From assembly GCF_001194135.2 (NCBI RefSeq), contig NC_068988.1:70080580-70144579 (forward strand): a stretch of 64,000 bases of DNA, written 5' to 3'. Positions 52,330 to 64,000 of the stretch are shown one piece after another. This stretch comes from Octopus bimaculoides (taxonomy: Eukaryota). The first letter of the stretch is position 1, and each line of letters starts with the position of its first letter. The notes below the pieces were generated by a model. That model was not told where the DNA came from, did no database searches, and was given only the letters and a program-made list of their open reading frames with translations. Both the position numbers and the translations under genes were made by a program.

Positions 52330-52610
52330 AGGATTAGGTAGCCCGCAACTTTTTGTTGATCGCCCAATAAATGGAAGACATTACTTCCTGTCTCCTTTAA
52401 AATCTCTTGAATTCAACAAGCATCAATTTGAAGTTCATATCGCATTGCCTCCTAGTAAAAAGATTTAGCGATTTTTGATGCATTGCAGCCTGATTGCGAT
52501 GCTCCACATGCTGCCCAAAAAATCTCCTGGTGGCATTTTCTTCTAGAAACCTATTTTGCCTGCGTTGAAGATTTGACGATCCACGTAATTTTAAAAAAAA
52601 ATTCTTTTCT
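52330..52610 (-). mobile_element. pogo/Tigger transposase fragment
   Basis: RQIFNAGKIGF*KKMPP...GCNASKNR*IFLLGGNAI, compared with Tigger QVFNADETGLFWKKMP...GFKAAKDRLTLLLGGNAAG. Confidence 0.75.
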
Positions 52611-54144
52611 TTAACTTAGCAGGGTATTTAACTATAGCATTTTAATTTTTACTCGTAGCTTCTGTAATTTTTGCGTCTGTTCAGAAAATATTTTTTCGAG
52701 TATTGAAAATCTCTAACGTAATTTTGCTGGCCCCTCTTGATATTTATTTTCTTGAGAGAAAATATATGACCGTTAACTTTAAGATTATTTGCCACAATCA
52801 TTATTTGCTTCTGGTTACAACATTTCAGCAAAAGTATTAATAGATCCTCCATCTCCACTATTATCACATTTCAATTACGTTTGATACGCATTTTTATCTT
52901 GGCCCCGATAAACACTTGCTTTGTCCAAACTTCTATCTTTGACTATCGAAATCGGGATTAACCGGAATTAATGTTTTGACTAATTTCCCTGTTTATTATC
53001 TACGGCGGCATCACGTTTTTTCGTAGCCACTGTTGTTCTTGTTATTATGTTATCATTTTAATGTTTTAAAGAACCTAACATAGTTGCAGATAAGCGTGTA
53101 ACACATCCATTTGCACTGGTGAATGATGAGAAATTAAAGTGCCGTAGTCTTGAATAACATCACGTAAACAAGTTAGAAATCTTAATTTGAGTAGCTATAA
53201 TACTTTGAATTCAAAAGAAAAAGATATATCTACGAGTCTAAAAATAGATTATAGAGTTGAGTATTTACCATTCTGTGAACCAAATTTTACAATACAAATT
53301 TCACCTCTAAATCTGCATTAAAGTGCAATGGCTTCAAATATTGTATGTAATAGATGCAAAGCAGCACTAATTTTCTGAGGCGTTAAAATCGGACAAGATA
53401 ATTGTACCGCTCATTCCTTCATGTAGTATAGACGTTACTGTGATTTTCCGAAAACGAATATGAAACATATACAGATATAATATCGTTAACAAAAATAGCG
53501 CTAAGATGAGCTACAGTTCCACCAACATTTTTTCAGTTTCCCTTGCAAGTGTAAATAAAGATAATCCTTGCAATACAAACATACAAGACACTTCCCATTT
53601 ATTTAACTGGATCATTCCTGATATCTGCTCTTTCAAAATCCTTTTCTAAGGAATTAGCTTTTGGAGCTAAGGACTCCTTCTTATGTAACAGTGAAACACA
53701 AAGACATCTAAAACTCAGTAATAATCTCTTTCAAAAATGGTTCTTACAAATTATTGTACATTAAGAGAAAAAGAGTTATATAAATACATTCATACACACA
53801 TTACACATATGTATGTGTGTGTATGTGTCTGTATGTGAGTGTAAGTCTGTGTGTGTATCTATCTCTAAATGCATAATAATTTACGAGAATCTTTTATGAA
53901 AGAGATTATCAATAAGCCTTAGATGACTTGCTGTTTCGCAGTTATACGACAAAACTGTTAGCTCGATAAAGTTAGCTTAAAAAAAACAATTTGAGTAAAA
54001 GGAGAAAACAGATATTAGAAATATCCCGTTTGAATAAATGAGAAAAGTTTTGCATGTTCGTACTACAAAGATTATTTTTATTTACACTCGCTATAGTGAA
54101 AATTTCGGTGAAATAGTAGCTCAACGTAACGGCATTTTCTTAGA

Positions 54145-54699
<555 letters not shown>

Positions 54700-54700
<1 letters not shown>

Positions 54701-55900
54701 CCAAAGGTGCGGTATCAGTATACATGCACAGTACACAGCAATTTTTGTTTGTTTTGTGATGCTATGCTGGGACGAGACACGAGACTGAGGAGATCAGTAG
54801 GAGTCAGTTGCTCTCTGCAGCCTGAAAAATATTTCATTATCCAGGGAGCAAGAACGGCTCAGTGTGCTGCCCAGGTAGACCAACTTGTCTACCACATTGA
54901 GAATTGTTCTTTCAACCAGGATAGCTAGTTCCGCATGTGGATTTCCTGGCGCAGGCTGGAACATTACAACAGTTTTACCTAGGCTAATGCTGAGTCCAAA
55001 TGCCTTGCAAGAAGCAGAAATACGATTCGTAAGTATTTGCATGTCATCCACTATATGAGTGACTAAGTCACAGTCATCTGCATAAAGGAGGCAACGAATG
55101 AGAGAATGAAAAACCTTCGAATTGGCAGCAAACCAGCGCAGATTAAATAGGCAACCAGAAGATCGAAACCTGACATATATTCCAAGAGAGCTAACCTTAG
55201 CAAAAGCATGAGTAAAAGCAACAGCAAAATACAAAAAAATAAAGAGAGTTGGGGCAAGAATGTCACCCTGCTTGACACCATTCTCTACAGGAATGGGTCC
55301 CGCCATGCCACCACCAACATTGACCCAAACTTCCATCCCATCATGAAATAATTCAATTATAGATACAGAGTGATCCGGACATTCAAGTTTGCCAAGTATT
55401 TTCCATAGCAAATTTATCTATTGAGGGCGTGGAATTTCAGGAACCAATGGTAGGTTTTTGTTGCATAGTATCAATCACTGTTTCATCCACAACTGACTGA
55501 TGGTTCAGGAGTTCAGAGAAGTGATCAATCCAACGACCTGTGATTTCTGTTAATTTAGTAAATAGAGTAGAAGATTCTTTAGAAAGCAAAGGAGTTGATG
55601 CAGAGCGCTAAGGTTCATAAACCTGCTTCATAAAATGGTAAAGTTTCTGGCTGTCATTTGCATCAGCAGCAACGAGCATGATCTTCCCACCAACGAGCAT
55701 GATCTTCCCACCAAATGTTCTGCATCTTCTTGAGACGTCGCTGCAGTAGTGATTTTACATTGCTACAGTAGGCAAGTGCTAGATTTTGCTGCACAGCTGA
55801 AAGATTTTGCTGCACAGCTGAAAGTCCTCTGTGCAGCAATACATTGTGGGTATGAGGCTCTACAACCAATTTAGTATCATTTTCATTAAACAAGTCTCTG
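54700..55900 (-). mobile_element. RTE (BovB-like) LINE RT fragment
   Basis: LQRRLKKMQNIWW; FHDGMEVWV..GG...PIPVENGVKQGDILAPTLF; LLYADDCDL; FGLSISLGKTVVMFQP; YLGSTLS. Confidence 0.92.
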
Positions 55901-56168
55901 TGTCTGGCCGTAGCATATCACATTGTTTCAGCAGCACATTGAAGGACCTGGTCGCGAAAATCTTCCCATATTGGTACGCAGGTTCTCGTGATTGATGAAG
56001 ATGAGCCAAATAGCTCGAAACTGAGTCAGTCTTCGCTCCCCCTACTAATAATGTATTGTATATAAAGGGGGCAGAGTGTTGCACCGATAACCAACTGACG
56101 CAGAATCTGCATGGGGTTAATCTAATAGTAACATTCAACAGCCACTTTGATGTGGCAAATGGCTTTAC

Positions 56169-56223
<55 letters not shown>

Positions 56224-57560
56224 GCACACAAGTTTGTTTTATTTTGTCTATATATGTGTGTGTGTGAGTGCATTTGTGCGTGTATGTGTATATTTGGGTT
56301 TGTGTGTGTGTGTGTGTGTGAGTGTGCGTGTGCGCGCGCATGTGTATACACGAATTTGTGTGCGTATATATTTTAGGTGCAAATATTTCTTTCATTAGAT
56401 CTCGACAGAGTATCCTTATGACTTCGTAATCTTCCCTCGCTATCATTCTCTGGAACAACGGCCTTGGTGCTACCTTTGAATACATGTGCTCTTTTGGACT
56501 ACAGTGTAACATGTTTATATACGCATGAAGCATAAAGATGCACACAGACACACACAATGTTTTAATAGAAATCTAATAGCACTAGCACTGCGTGACCAAC
56601 TGTTCTATTGACAAGCCATTTCATCATATCTAGCGCTTTTTATTTCCATTAGTTTCTGTATAAGTTGCCGTATCAAATTGTGAAAGTAATCCAGAAGTGT
56701 TCCTAAAAATAATTCAAATTACATTAAAAATCCAAACCCTGACCACTGTGAAAGGTATGCCACCAACATTACGACTATATATCTTTTGGTCTATTGCGAT
56801 TTTTCAAGCCAGCTTAAAAATTTTTTTCTCTGAAAAATTCCTACATCACATTCCGAAATCCCAGTCCACAAGAATAATGTCGACGGAACTTTAGCTAGAA
56901 AGAAAAGCTGTGAAGAAAGAATAAGGGAGGAATATTGAAAGTCACAGACAAACATCCCACCGATCGTGATTTAACGGCGAAAAATAACAGGACAAATTAT
57001 ATGAGGTAGTAATCGATAGAAAACGCCTAAACACAACGAAAAGAAAAAACCGAGGTAGTAACAATATTAAGGTATTTTATCCTAGATCATTAATTTAATA
57101 CGACCCAGAGGTTAAACAACAATACTAAAGATGGCAATATATATGATTAATTATAATTAGACACAATGATATTCAGTAATAACATTTCACACCATATAGT
57201 CAAAAACATTATGAATCTTCATTAACTCAAAATATTATAAAATTTAAATATTAACCTTTCTAAAATGACAGACGACGTCTTATATTGTTGATGACATTTA
57301 GTCGATCTAGAATATACAGGTGTGGTGATGCACGCGATGATGCAAGGAAGCGAGAAATGGGAACAACATGGAAACCTAATGCGACGAGAAATGCCTGCAG
57401 CTAAGAAGAACAATCCTTCCAAAGAACATTAAAATAATAAAAAGACATTATAAATATACCTTATTAAGCTCTCTATCTCTCTCTCTATATATATATATAT
57501 ATACATATAGCTGTGTAGATAGATGTAGAGAGGGACGAATACACAGACAGGGAGGAACAG

Positions 57561-57596
<36 letters not shown>

Positions 57597-57844
57597 CCCC
57601 TATTTTGCAGANNNNNNNNNNTATATATATATATATATAAACTACCCCTATTTTGCAGAGAAAAGTGTAGGTGGCTAGCTGTGGACTCGAACGAACATCC
57701 GCGTGATTACATGTCACGATGCTTTGACCGATTAAGCTAAACTACCCACTACAAATTCCTTTGCAAATTTAAGATATATAAATCTCGCTTTATCAGACGC
57801 TCTCATATGTTAAATTCAAATTATATATGTGTGTGTGTGTGTAT

Positions 57845-58055
57845 GTTTGTGTATCTGTTTGTCTCCCAGCATCGCTTGACAACCGATGCTGGTGTGTTTA
57901 CGTCCCCGTACATTAGAGGTTCGGCAAAGAGACCGATAGAATAAATGCTAGGCTTACAAAGAATAAGCTCTGGGGTCGACTTGCTCGACTATAAAGGCTG
58001 TGCTCCAGCATGGCCGCAGTCAAATGATTGAAACAAGTAAAAGAGTAAAAGTGTA
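57845..58055 (+). mobile_element. Family B SINE 3' half
   Basis: catcgcttgacaaccgatgctggtgtgtttacgtccccgta...ggctgtgctccagcatggccgcagtcaaatgattgaaacaagtaaaagagtaaaag. Confidence 0.88.
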
Positions 58056-58110
58056 ATGTTTTATGAATCTTGATTTTGCCTGCATTGCATGCGTATACTT
58101 CCTCAGGTTG

Positions 58111-58155
58111 TTAGGGTTAGGGTTAGGGTTAGGGTTAGGGTTAGGGTTAGGGTTA
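58111..58155 (+). repeat. Interstitial telomeric repeat (TTAGGG)7
   Basis: Seven perfect TTAGGG units plus TTA. Confidence 0.95.
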
Positions 58156-58281
58156 TTAAATAATCTTTAATGATATACTATAAATATGCAAATATCCTCA
58201 CAAATGAACATGTTGGATGGAGAAGCATATGTCATGATACATTCATAAAGCCTGAACATTTCGATCCACATGTAATATTCA

Positions 58282-58282
<1 letters not shown>

Positions 58283-58349
<67 letters not shown>
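58283..58349. repeat. (ATT)n microsatellite
   Basis: Direct reading. Confidence 0.95.
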
Positions 58350-58351
<2 letters not shown>

Positions 58352-58544
58352 GTCACAGAAAAAGTGTGTTGCTGTTATATTACTGATTTTTAACGTTATA
58401 CGTCTGTAAGAGTGTTTTCTTTGGACGAATACCAGCAATTCATTAGCCTTTCAACAACGACAATGCTTTAAATTTGATATACAGTTAGCTATCTTGAACT
58501 ATTACTGTTTCAGTCTCTCATACAGTCAGCTATACATACATATA

Positions 58545-59060
58545 NNNNNNNNNNNNNNNNNNNNNNNNNNNNNNNNNNNNNNNNNNNNNNNNNNNNNNNN
58601 NNNNNNNNNNNNNNNNNNNNNNNNNNNNNNNNNNNNNNNNNNNNNNNNNNNNNNNNNNNNNNNNNNNNNNNNNNNNNNNNNNNNNNNNNNNNNNNNNNNN
58701 NNNNNNNNNNNNNNNNNNNNNNNNNNNNNNNNNNNNNNNNNNNNNNNNNNNNNNNNNNNNNNNNNNNNNNNNNNNNNNNNNNNNNNNNNNNNNNNNNNNN
58801 NNNNNNNNNNNNNNNNNNNNNNNNNNNNNNNNNNNNNNNNNNNNNNNNNNNNNNNNNNNNNNNNNNNNNNNNNNNNNNNNNNNNNNNNNNNNNNNNNNNN
58901 NNNNNNNNNNNNNNNNNNNNNNNNNNNNNNNNNNNNNNNNNNNNNNNNNNNNNNNNNNNNNNNNNNNNNNNNNNNNNNNNNNNNNNNNNNNNNNNNNNNN
59001 NNNNNNNNNNNNNNNNNNNNNNNNNNNNNNNNNNNNNNNNNNNNNNNNNNNNNNNNNNNN
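58545..59060. other. Assembly gap
   Basis: Continuous N. Confidence 1.
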
Positions 59061-61999
59061 AATAAATTTGTATCTTTCATTATGAGTTAGGAAAGAATTA
59101 TGGAGGAGTACAATCTCGGAAATAGAAGTATATAGTTTTGTGACTGGCTGAGGAGACACAACTGATTGTGAAATGTTTTGTGAATGATAGAACTAGTTTG
59201 TCGCTTCGAAACTATTCTCTTTTCTGTTGGAAACCATGACAATATAACTCAATCACAGGTTTTACGTGTGTGAGCGACTTTGATTATGTATTTGTGTATG
59301 TGTATTTGTGCAAATACTGTTGATTTCAGTCTCAGTCACGTAGAGACTTATCTCTGTGACTAACAGAGAAAAAGGGTTGTGCGTGTGTATACTTATATGT
59401 GTCTGTATGTGTGTGTGTCTGTGTGTGTCTGTGCGTGTGTCTGTGTGTGCTCAGATTTGAAGAAAGATGCAGCATAAACGATTCGATTGTCAAATGTGTG
59501 GAAGAAGCAGTTTATTGCAAACCGTTTTGTTGAGGTTAAATAATTTTTTAAAGCTGAATCTGAAATGAAAACTACCTGTTTATTTATTACATAGACCGTA
59601 AACGAATCAAACTTCTGTGTCATAAATTATTCCAGTGTCCTCCCTAATTTAATACGCTGTCTGTCCTTTGGGTATCTTTAATTGAACTCGGTCCCTTGTA
59701 ATCGTTTGTGCCAGGTTTCTTCCTTTCCTTTTACTAGTCAAGAGACACTCTCCGCCCCAAACGGTCGTGGGCTCTGCGTTTCCTTCCCTGGTTAAACATT
59801 ATTTCAAATATCACTGCCTTGTGGATGTCTAACCTGAGTTTTCTGATATATATATATATATAACCTGTTTAGGGCAAATGCATCAGAAAGCGCTTTTAAC
59901 AGCTCCTTTGTTTTTTGTCGATTACCAACTGATGCGCGTGCATACACGCACACACTCAAATGAGAGTGAAAAAGAGAGAAAGAAGAGTGAAAGGTGAGCA
60001 TAGACACTCTCCAGACACTGTGAGATGAGAGAGTGCATATTCTTTCCTCAACTTGGAAAGACACTCATTTGCAGTCATTTTTCATTCGAACACGTCCTAT
60101 CCATCAGCACTGGAATCTCATCAGCATACTTTGGATACTCGAGATATCCTATTTTTCTCATATTTTTACATTAGAGATCCTATCTTGGCATTTTGTGTTG
60201 CATATGTTGCGCAAACAGCACATGTAGGAGTTCCTTTATATGTTCGTGGTAAGAAGTACACGCAAACGTTCCATACAGAAGTATATATATANNNNNNNNN
60301 NNNNNNNNNNNNNNNNNNNNNNNNNNNNNNNNNNNNNNNNNNNNNNNNNNNNNNNNNNNNNNNNNNNNNNNNNNNNNNNNNNNNNNNNNTATATATATGT
60401 ATATACAATAGAAAGTGAAAACTTTGTATTTATTCAATGACAATATGCTCAAATGCACGAAGAAACTCATTGTGGTAGAAGTTATATCGGAAGAAATGAT
60501 TTGCGGAAGCAATTTTATTGTATTGGTGCATGAAGGTTTGACTATCAGGTGCTAGATCGTGTTTGATTGTAATCTGAATAGCCAGTCTGATAGGTGAGTG
60601 TGTATGCTGAGTACTCCCTTCCATATGTAAAATACCAGTGCATTGCGATACATCAACTGCAATTTCGCCTCAACAATAATTAACGCCTCAACAATAATTG
60701 ACGATTAAGAAAATCTCTGACTTTGAAAAATTCCAGTTTTCTTATACAGTTTTGCTAATGATATAGACGTGTAGGAGAGTTGGAAGATTTCAGAAAGTTC
60801 TTTTGCCTCAGAAAGTAAAGACTCTAGTCCTTTCTGGAGGTCACAAATGTCTTCTAAATATGTCAGATGTTCGGAGGGATATTTGAGATGGCATAACTTC
60901 TCTGTGGTTGGTAATTAATTTCGTAATATTAACACTTACATTTTAATTCAGGTACTGATTGTTGAGAAATCATTCTGTCTCAAGGCGACATAACCTAGAA
61001 GTCTTTAAGAAAATTGAGAAGACAGGTAGTACCTTGAGAATCAAAACTGACAGATAAACATTGTATAACTTATTGCCTCATTGATATATCCGGAAAGCTT
61101 ATTGCTGTATGCTTATGAATTCATTAATATTTACAAGTAATCTCATTACATATTGTTTACTTTAAAACTGTGAACTTAATCGTTATCCTTGCAAGTGAAA
61201 GTTTTAGTTTTGGGTATGAAATCAACTCCAAGAGATAAATTGCAAAACTTTATGAATATGCATAATACTCTCTAATGTCTGAGCATCGATGGAAATTGGT
61301 TTGGGGATTAAGCTGTTCACAAAGCCTGATAGTGCATCTAATATGCATTATTATACATAGATGAAGAGCAGTTATCATCAACACATAATACAAGTATTTA
61401 TTTTCAAATTGCTATTCCATGAAAAATTGTTGTAGATCAAGAGTCAACTTTAAAACTAAAGACGTCTTTCTTTTCTAAAGTTTTTCCAAATTATTATTAC
61501 TAACTGGCAGTTATAGCACAGTTACATATCGTCAGATTAAAAGGATTTGTTGCTAAGCCTCACGTAAACGTATGTGAACAAAACTATGGCCAAAACCGTT
61601 CCACTCAAGACCAACAGGGTCTTTAAGAATATATTCTATTATAATATTTAATGTGGCCTTCCTTATTTAGCTATGTCTAGTAAGTCGAATCACCAAGCAT
61701 GATCAGACTGAAAGGTGTAGGAACCGTAGAAGCAGGTTAGATTGTCAAGACCGAAATAAAATAGATCAGTTAAGCAAGAAATAAATTAAGTACTCATAAC
61801 ACAAGACACACTACTGATATCGACTGGGGTCAAAGTTACCAGACGAAGAACATTATGTATGAAAATAACTGGAACAGTGATAAAGATTAATAAAATCTTA
61901 ATAAAGATTAAACTTTTAAAAGGTCTTGCCAGAAATAAAAGTACAGAAATAAAATACAGAAATACAATATGTTGATAACATTTTAGAATAAACACTTGT

Positions 62000-62990
62000 G
62001 TGCTGAGGGTGTAACTGTACACCGTCTCCGAATGTAGGAATTGATGTCTCATTGACCGGTGAAGCAGTACTTTCCTCTATGTCATCAGAACTTCCCAGGG
62101 CCACCTATTGATGTAGGTGACGAAATTCTCGCATAACAGCACAAGCTTTGTTGGGTCGGATCTTGCGACTCCGACTTAGACGTTTCTATTATTCTCAATG
62201 CTCGTTCTAGCAGTAGTACTCATCCGCTTTCCTGAGCCAAATGTAACGGTTCACTTTCTCAGAGGCTTCAGACAATATGTTTTCTCTCCTTTGCAATAAG
62301 TCCAAGCCTCCTGAGCATTGAGTGAACGCTGGTTCCAACAACTGCGTTAACACCTATCTCTACCGGAAGTCATATTACCTCCCATACATTGTTTTCACTG
62401 AGTTCAACCAACTCACTGTCTTTCCTGAGGAAAGCGTCTTCGATGTTACCTCTTCCACCTTTACCTTATCTCTTCCCTTGCACCGACAAGGTATTGTTTG
62501 GCCGCAAAACGTGGGAATTAATATTTACCATCGGGATTAACGAAGAGCTCCAAAGTCTCTTCCCGTTTTGAATCAGTTTTCTCTCATAAGGTGGCTGGCT
62601 AACAACATCACCCTTCCCTACAAAACTCTTTCGTCCCATGCACCACTACACGTGGTCTTTCGCCGTTGTTAAAATTTGCTTTACGCTCTCCGCCAGTGCA
62701 TTAGCCAGTAATTTGTTATGCCACCCAAGTGTATCAGGCCAAATGAGAAATTAGAGAGAATGCGCCTCATCATTCCGACATTTTCACATTTACCCACACA
62801 ACTCCTATTTTCGCACGCTTTTGCTTTGCAGGACCAGGAAGCATGCCATAGATGGAACGAATCAGAAAACAGATATTGGCTAGCTCCCCTGACCAGTGTT
62901 CTTTCCATCCTAACTTTTGCCTAGCTATAAATTCCTCCCAGGCTGCGCACTGTCCTTGCTGGCTACATTGTACAAACTCCATATTGTGCC
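62000..62990 (-). mobile_element. Hero-type LINE 3' region
   Basis: QQGQCAAWEEFIARQKLGWKEHWS...CFLIRSIYGMLP; VLRPNN; NIEDAFLRK...LPVEIG...VVGTSVHSMLRRLGL...SEASEKVNRYIWLRKAD. Confidence 0.85.
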
Positions 62991-64000
62991 TTTTGCCTCT
63001 TCATTCTTAATTTGACTGGCTACTGCAGTTCTTTTCTCCTCGTCTATTGCATAGTATGTTTTAAACTCTTTGTTCATTAAGTTTTATCTGGAGTACAGTC
63101 ATTTCTTTTATTCCAAAAAAAGAAAATTTTCCTTATAACGAATTTCTTTTGAAATTACTCCTTAAGTCAAACTATAATTTTGTTTTTAAAGTATTCTACA
63201 TAGAATTTACTCTAAAAATCATGTTATAAATAAAATATTTATAAATAATTTCATTTTCAAATTGCTACGTAGTGGGATTAAACCAGGAACCGTGTAGTTG
63301 CAGAGAGATTTTCTAACTGCACCAACCTCTATATCTACCTTTGCCTGATTAACTGTTGCATCTCATTTATTATTTAGGCCATATTAGCTTCTTTTGCACA
63401 AGTTCACTTATTGAATGATATATCGATCTCGTCCGTTCTATTTCTCATTCGAACTAATTAGAATATAGATTTATTGATTTGCTGGTTGCCCAATTTCCCC
63501 CACAAGAGGTCGCCCTGAAAGAGAAATAGCTATAATAGTCTTTTTTGTGAATTTTTGTTGTCATTTTATTTTATCTATATTTCCTTCTCGATTAACGCGT
63601 TACTTCAAGTGAGCGACATGAACAATTTGTAATGTTAACTGCCAGAGGTAATTACAAACTTATTACGTTAATACATTTATAACATTGCAAAACTGCTTCC
63701 CAAAGGCTAGTCTACCTCTTTAGAGTCAGAAAATGCTTCAGTTCTTAGTAATTGTTGACCTTCTACAAAGCAGAATTGCAACCTACATTAGACTCATAAT
63801 GTACATAAGTGGAACAAAGGTAAAGTTACACACATACACCTTCACTGCAAATATTTAATACCAAATAACCAGTTTAGATTCTGATATGCTACAAACACAG
63901 AGGCATTGTAGGTTTTCTGTGCTACTTCTTGCTAATAAAATATTTCCATTTCGTATGGCATTCAATATAGCCGTCTTTCCTGCTGTAATCATCATTATTT

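Noticed and set aside
57570-57660. Duplicated tatatataaactacccctattttgcaga
   Set aside because: Identical copies on either side of a 10-N gap; an assembly artefact.
61786-62052. Hydrophobic 88-aa minus-strand ORF suggesting a signal anchor
   Set aside because: It is AT-rich sequence overlapping the Hero 3' UTR and a SINE-like remnant; the hydrophobicity is explained by T-richness.

Overview
Eukaryotic, AT-rich, microsatellite- and transposon-dense draft-assembly window with many N gaps. The SINE families and the LINE mix (Tx1, R4/Dong, CR1-Zenon-like, RTE, Hero) resemble octopus/cephalopod DNA; this is recognition, not a database result. Clear host coding content is sparse. There is one 472-nt minus-strand exon (6369-6840) encoding part of a natriuretic-peptide-receptor / receptor-guanylyl-cyclase type ligand-binding (ANF_receptor) domain, a decayed duplicate of its 5' part about 2.3 kb downstream (4029-4222), and a 109-codon minus-strand terminal exon of an unidentified protein (19553-19881). 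The rest is mostly TE fossils: a full-length TA-flanked Tc1 with about 195-bp TIRs, a maT mariner, Tigger, Chapaev3 fragments, a Gypsy remnant, LINEs, a Helentron-type HINE carrying a nested MITE, foldback MITEs and many tRNA-derived SINEs. I found no convincing wholly new biological system. The most interesting signals are the duplicated receptor exon with a possible new splice acceptor, retroelement 3' ends tied to three different microsatellites, and a SINE tail shared with a putative Tx1 3' end. All translations and alignments were done by eye.
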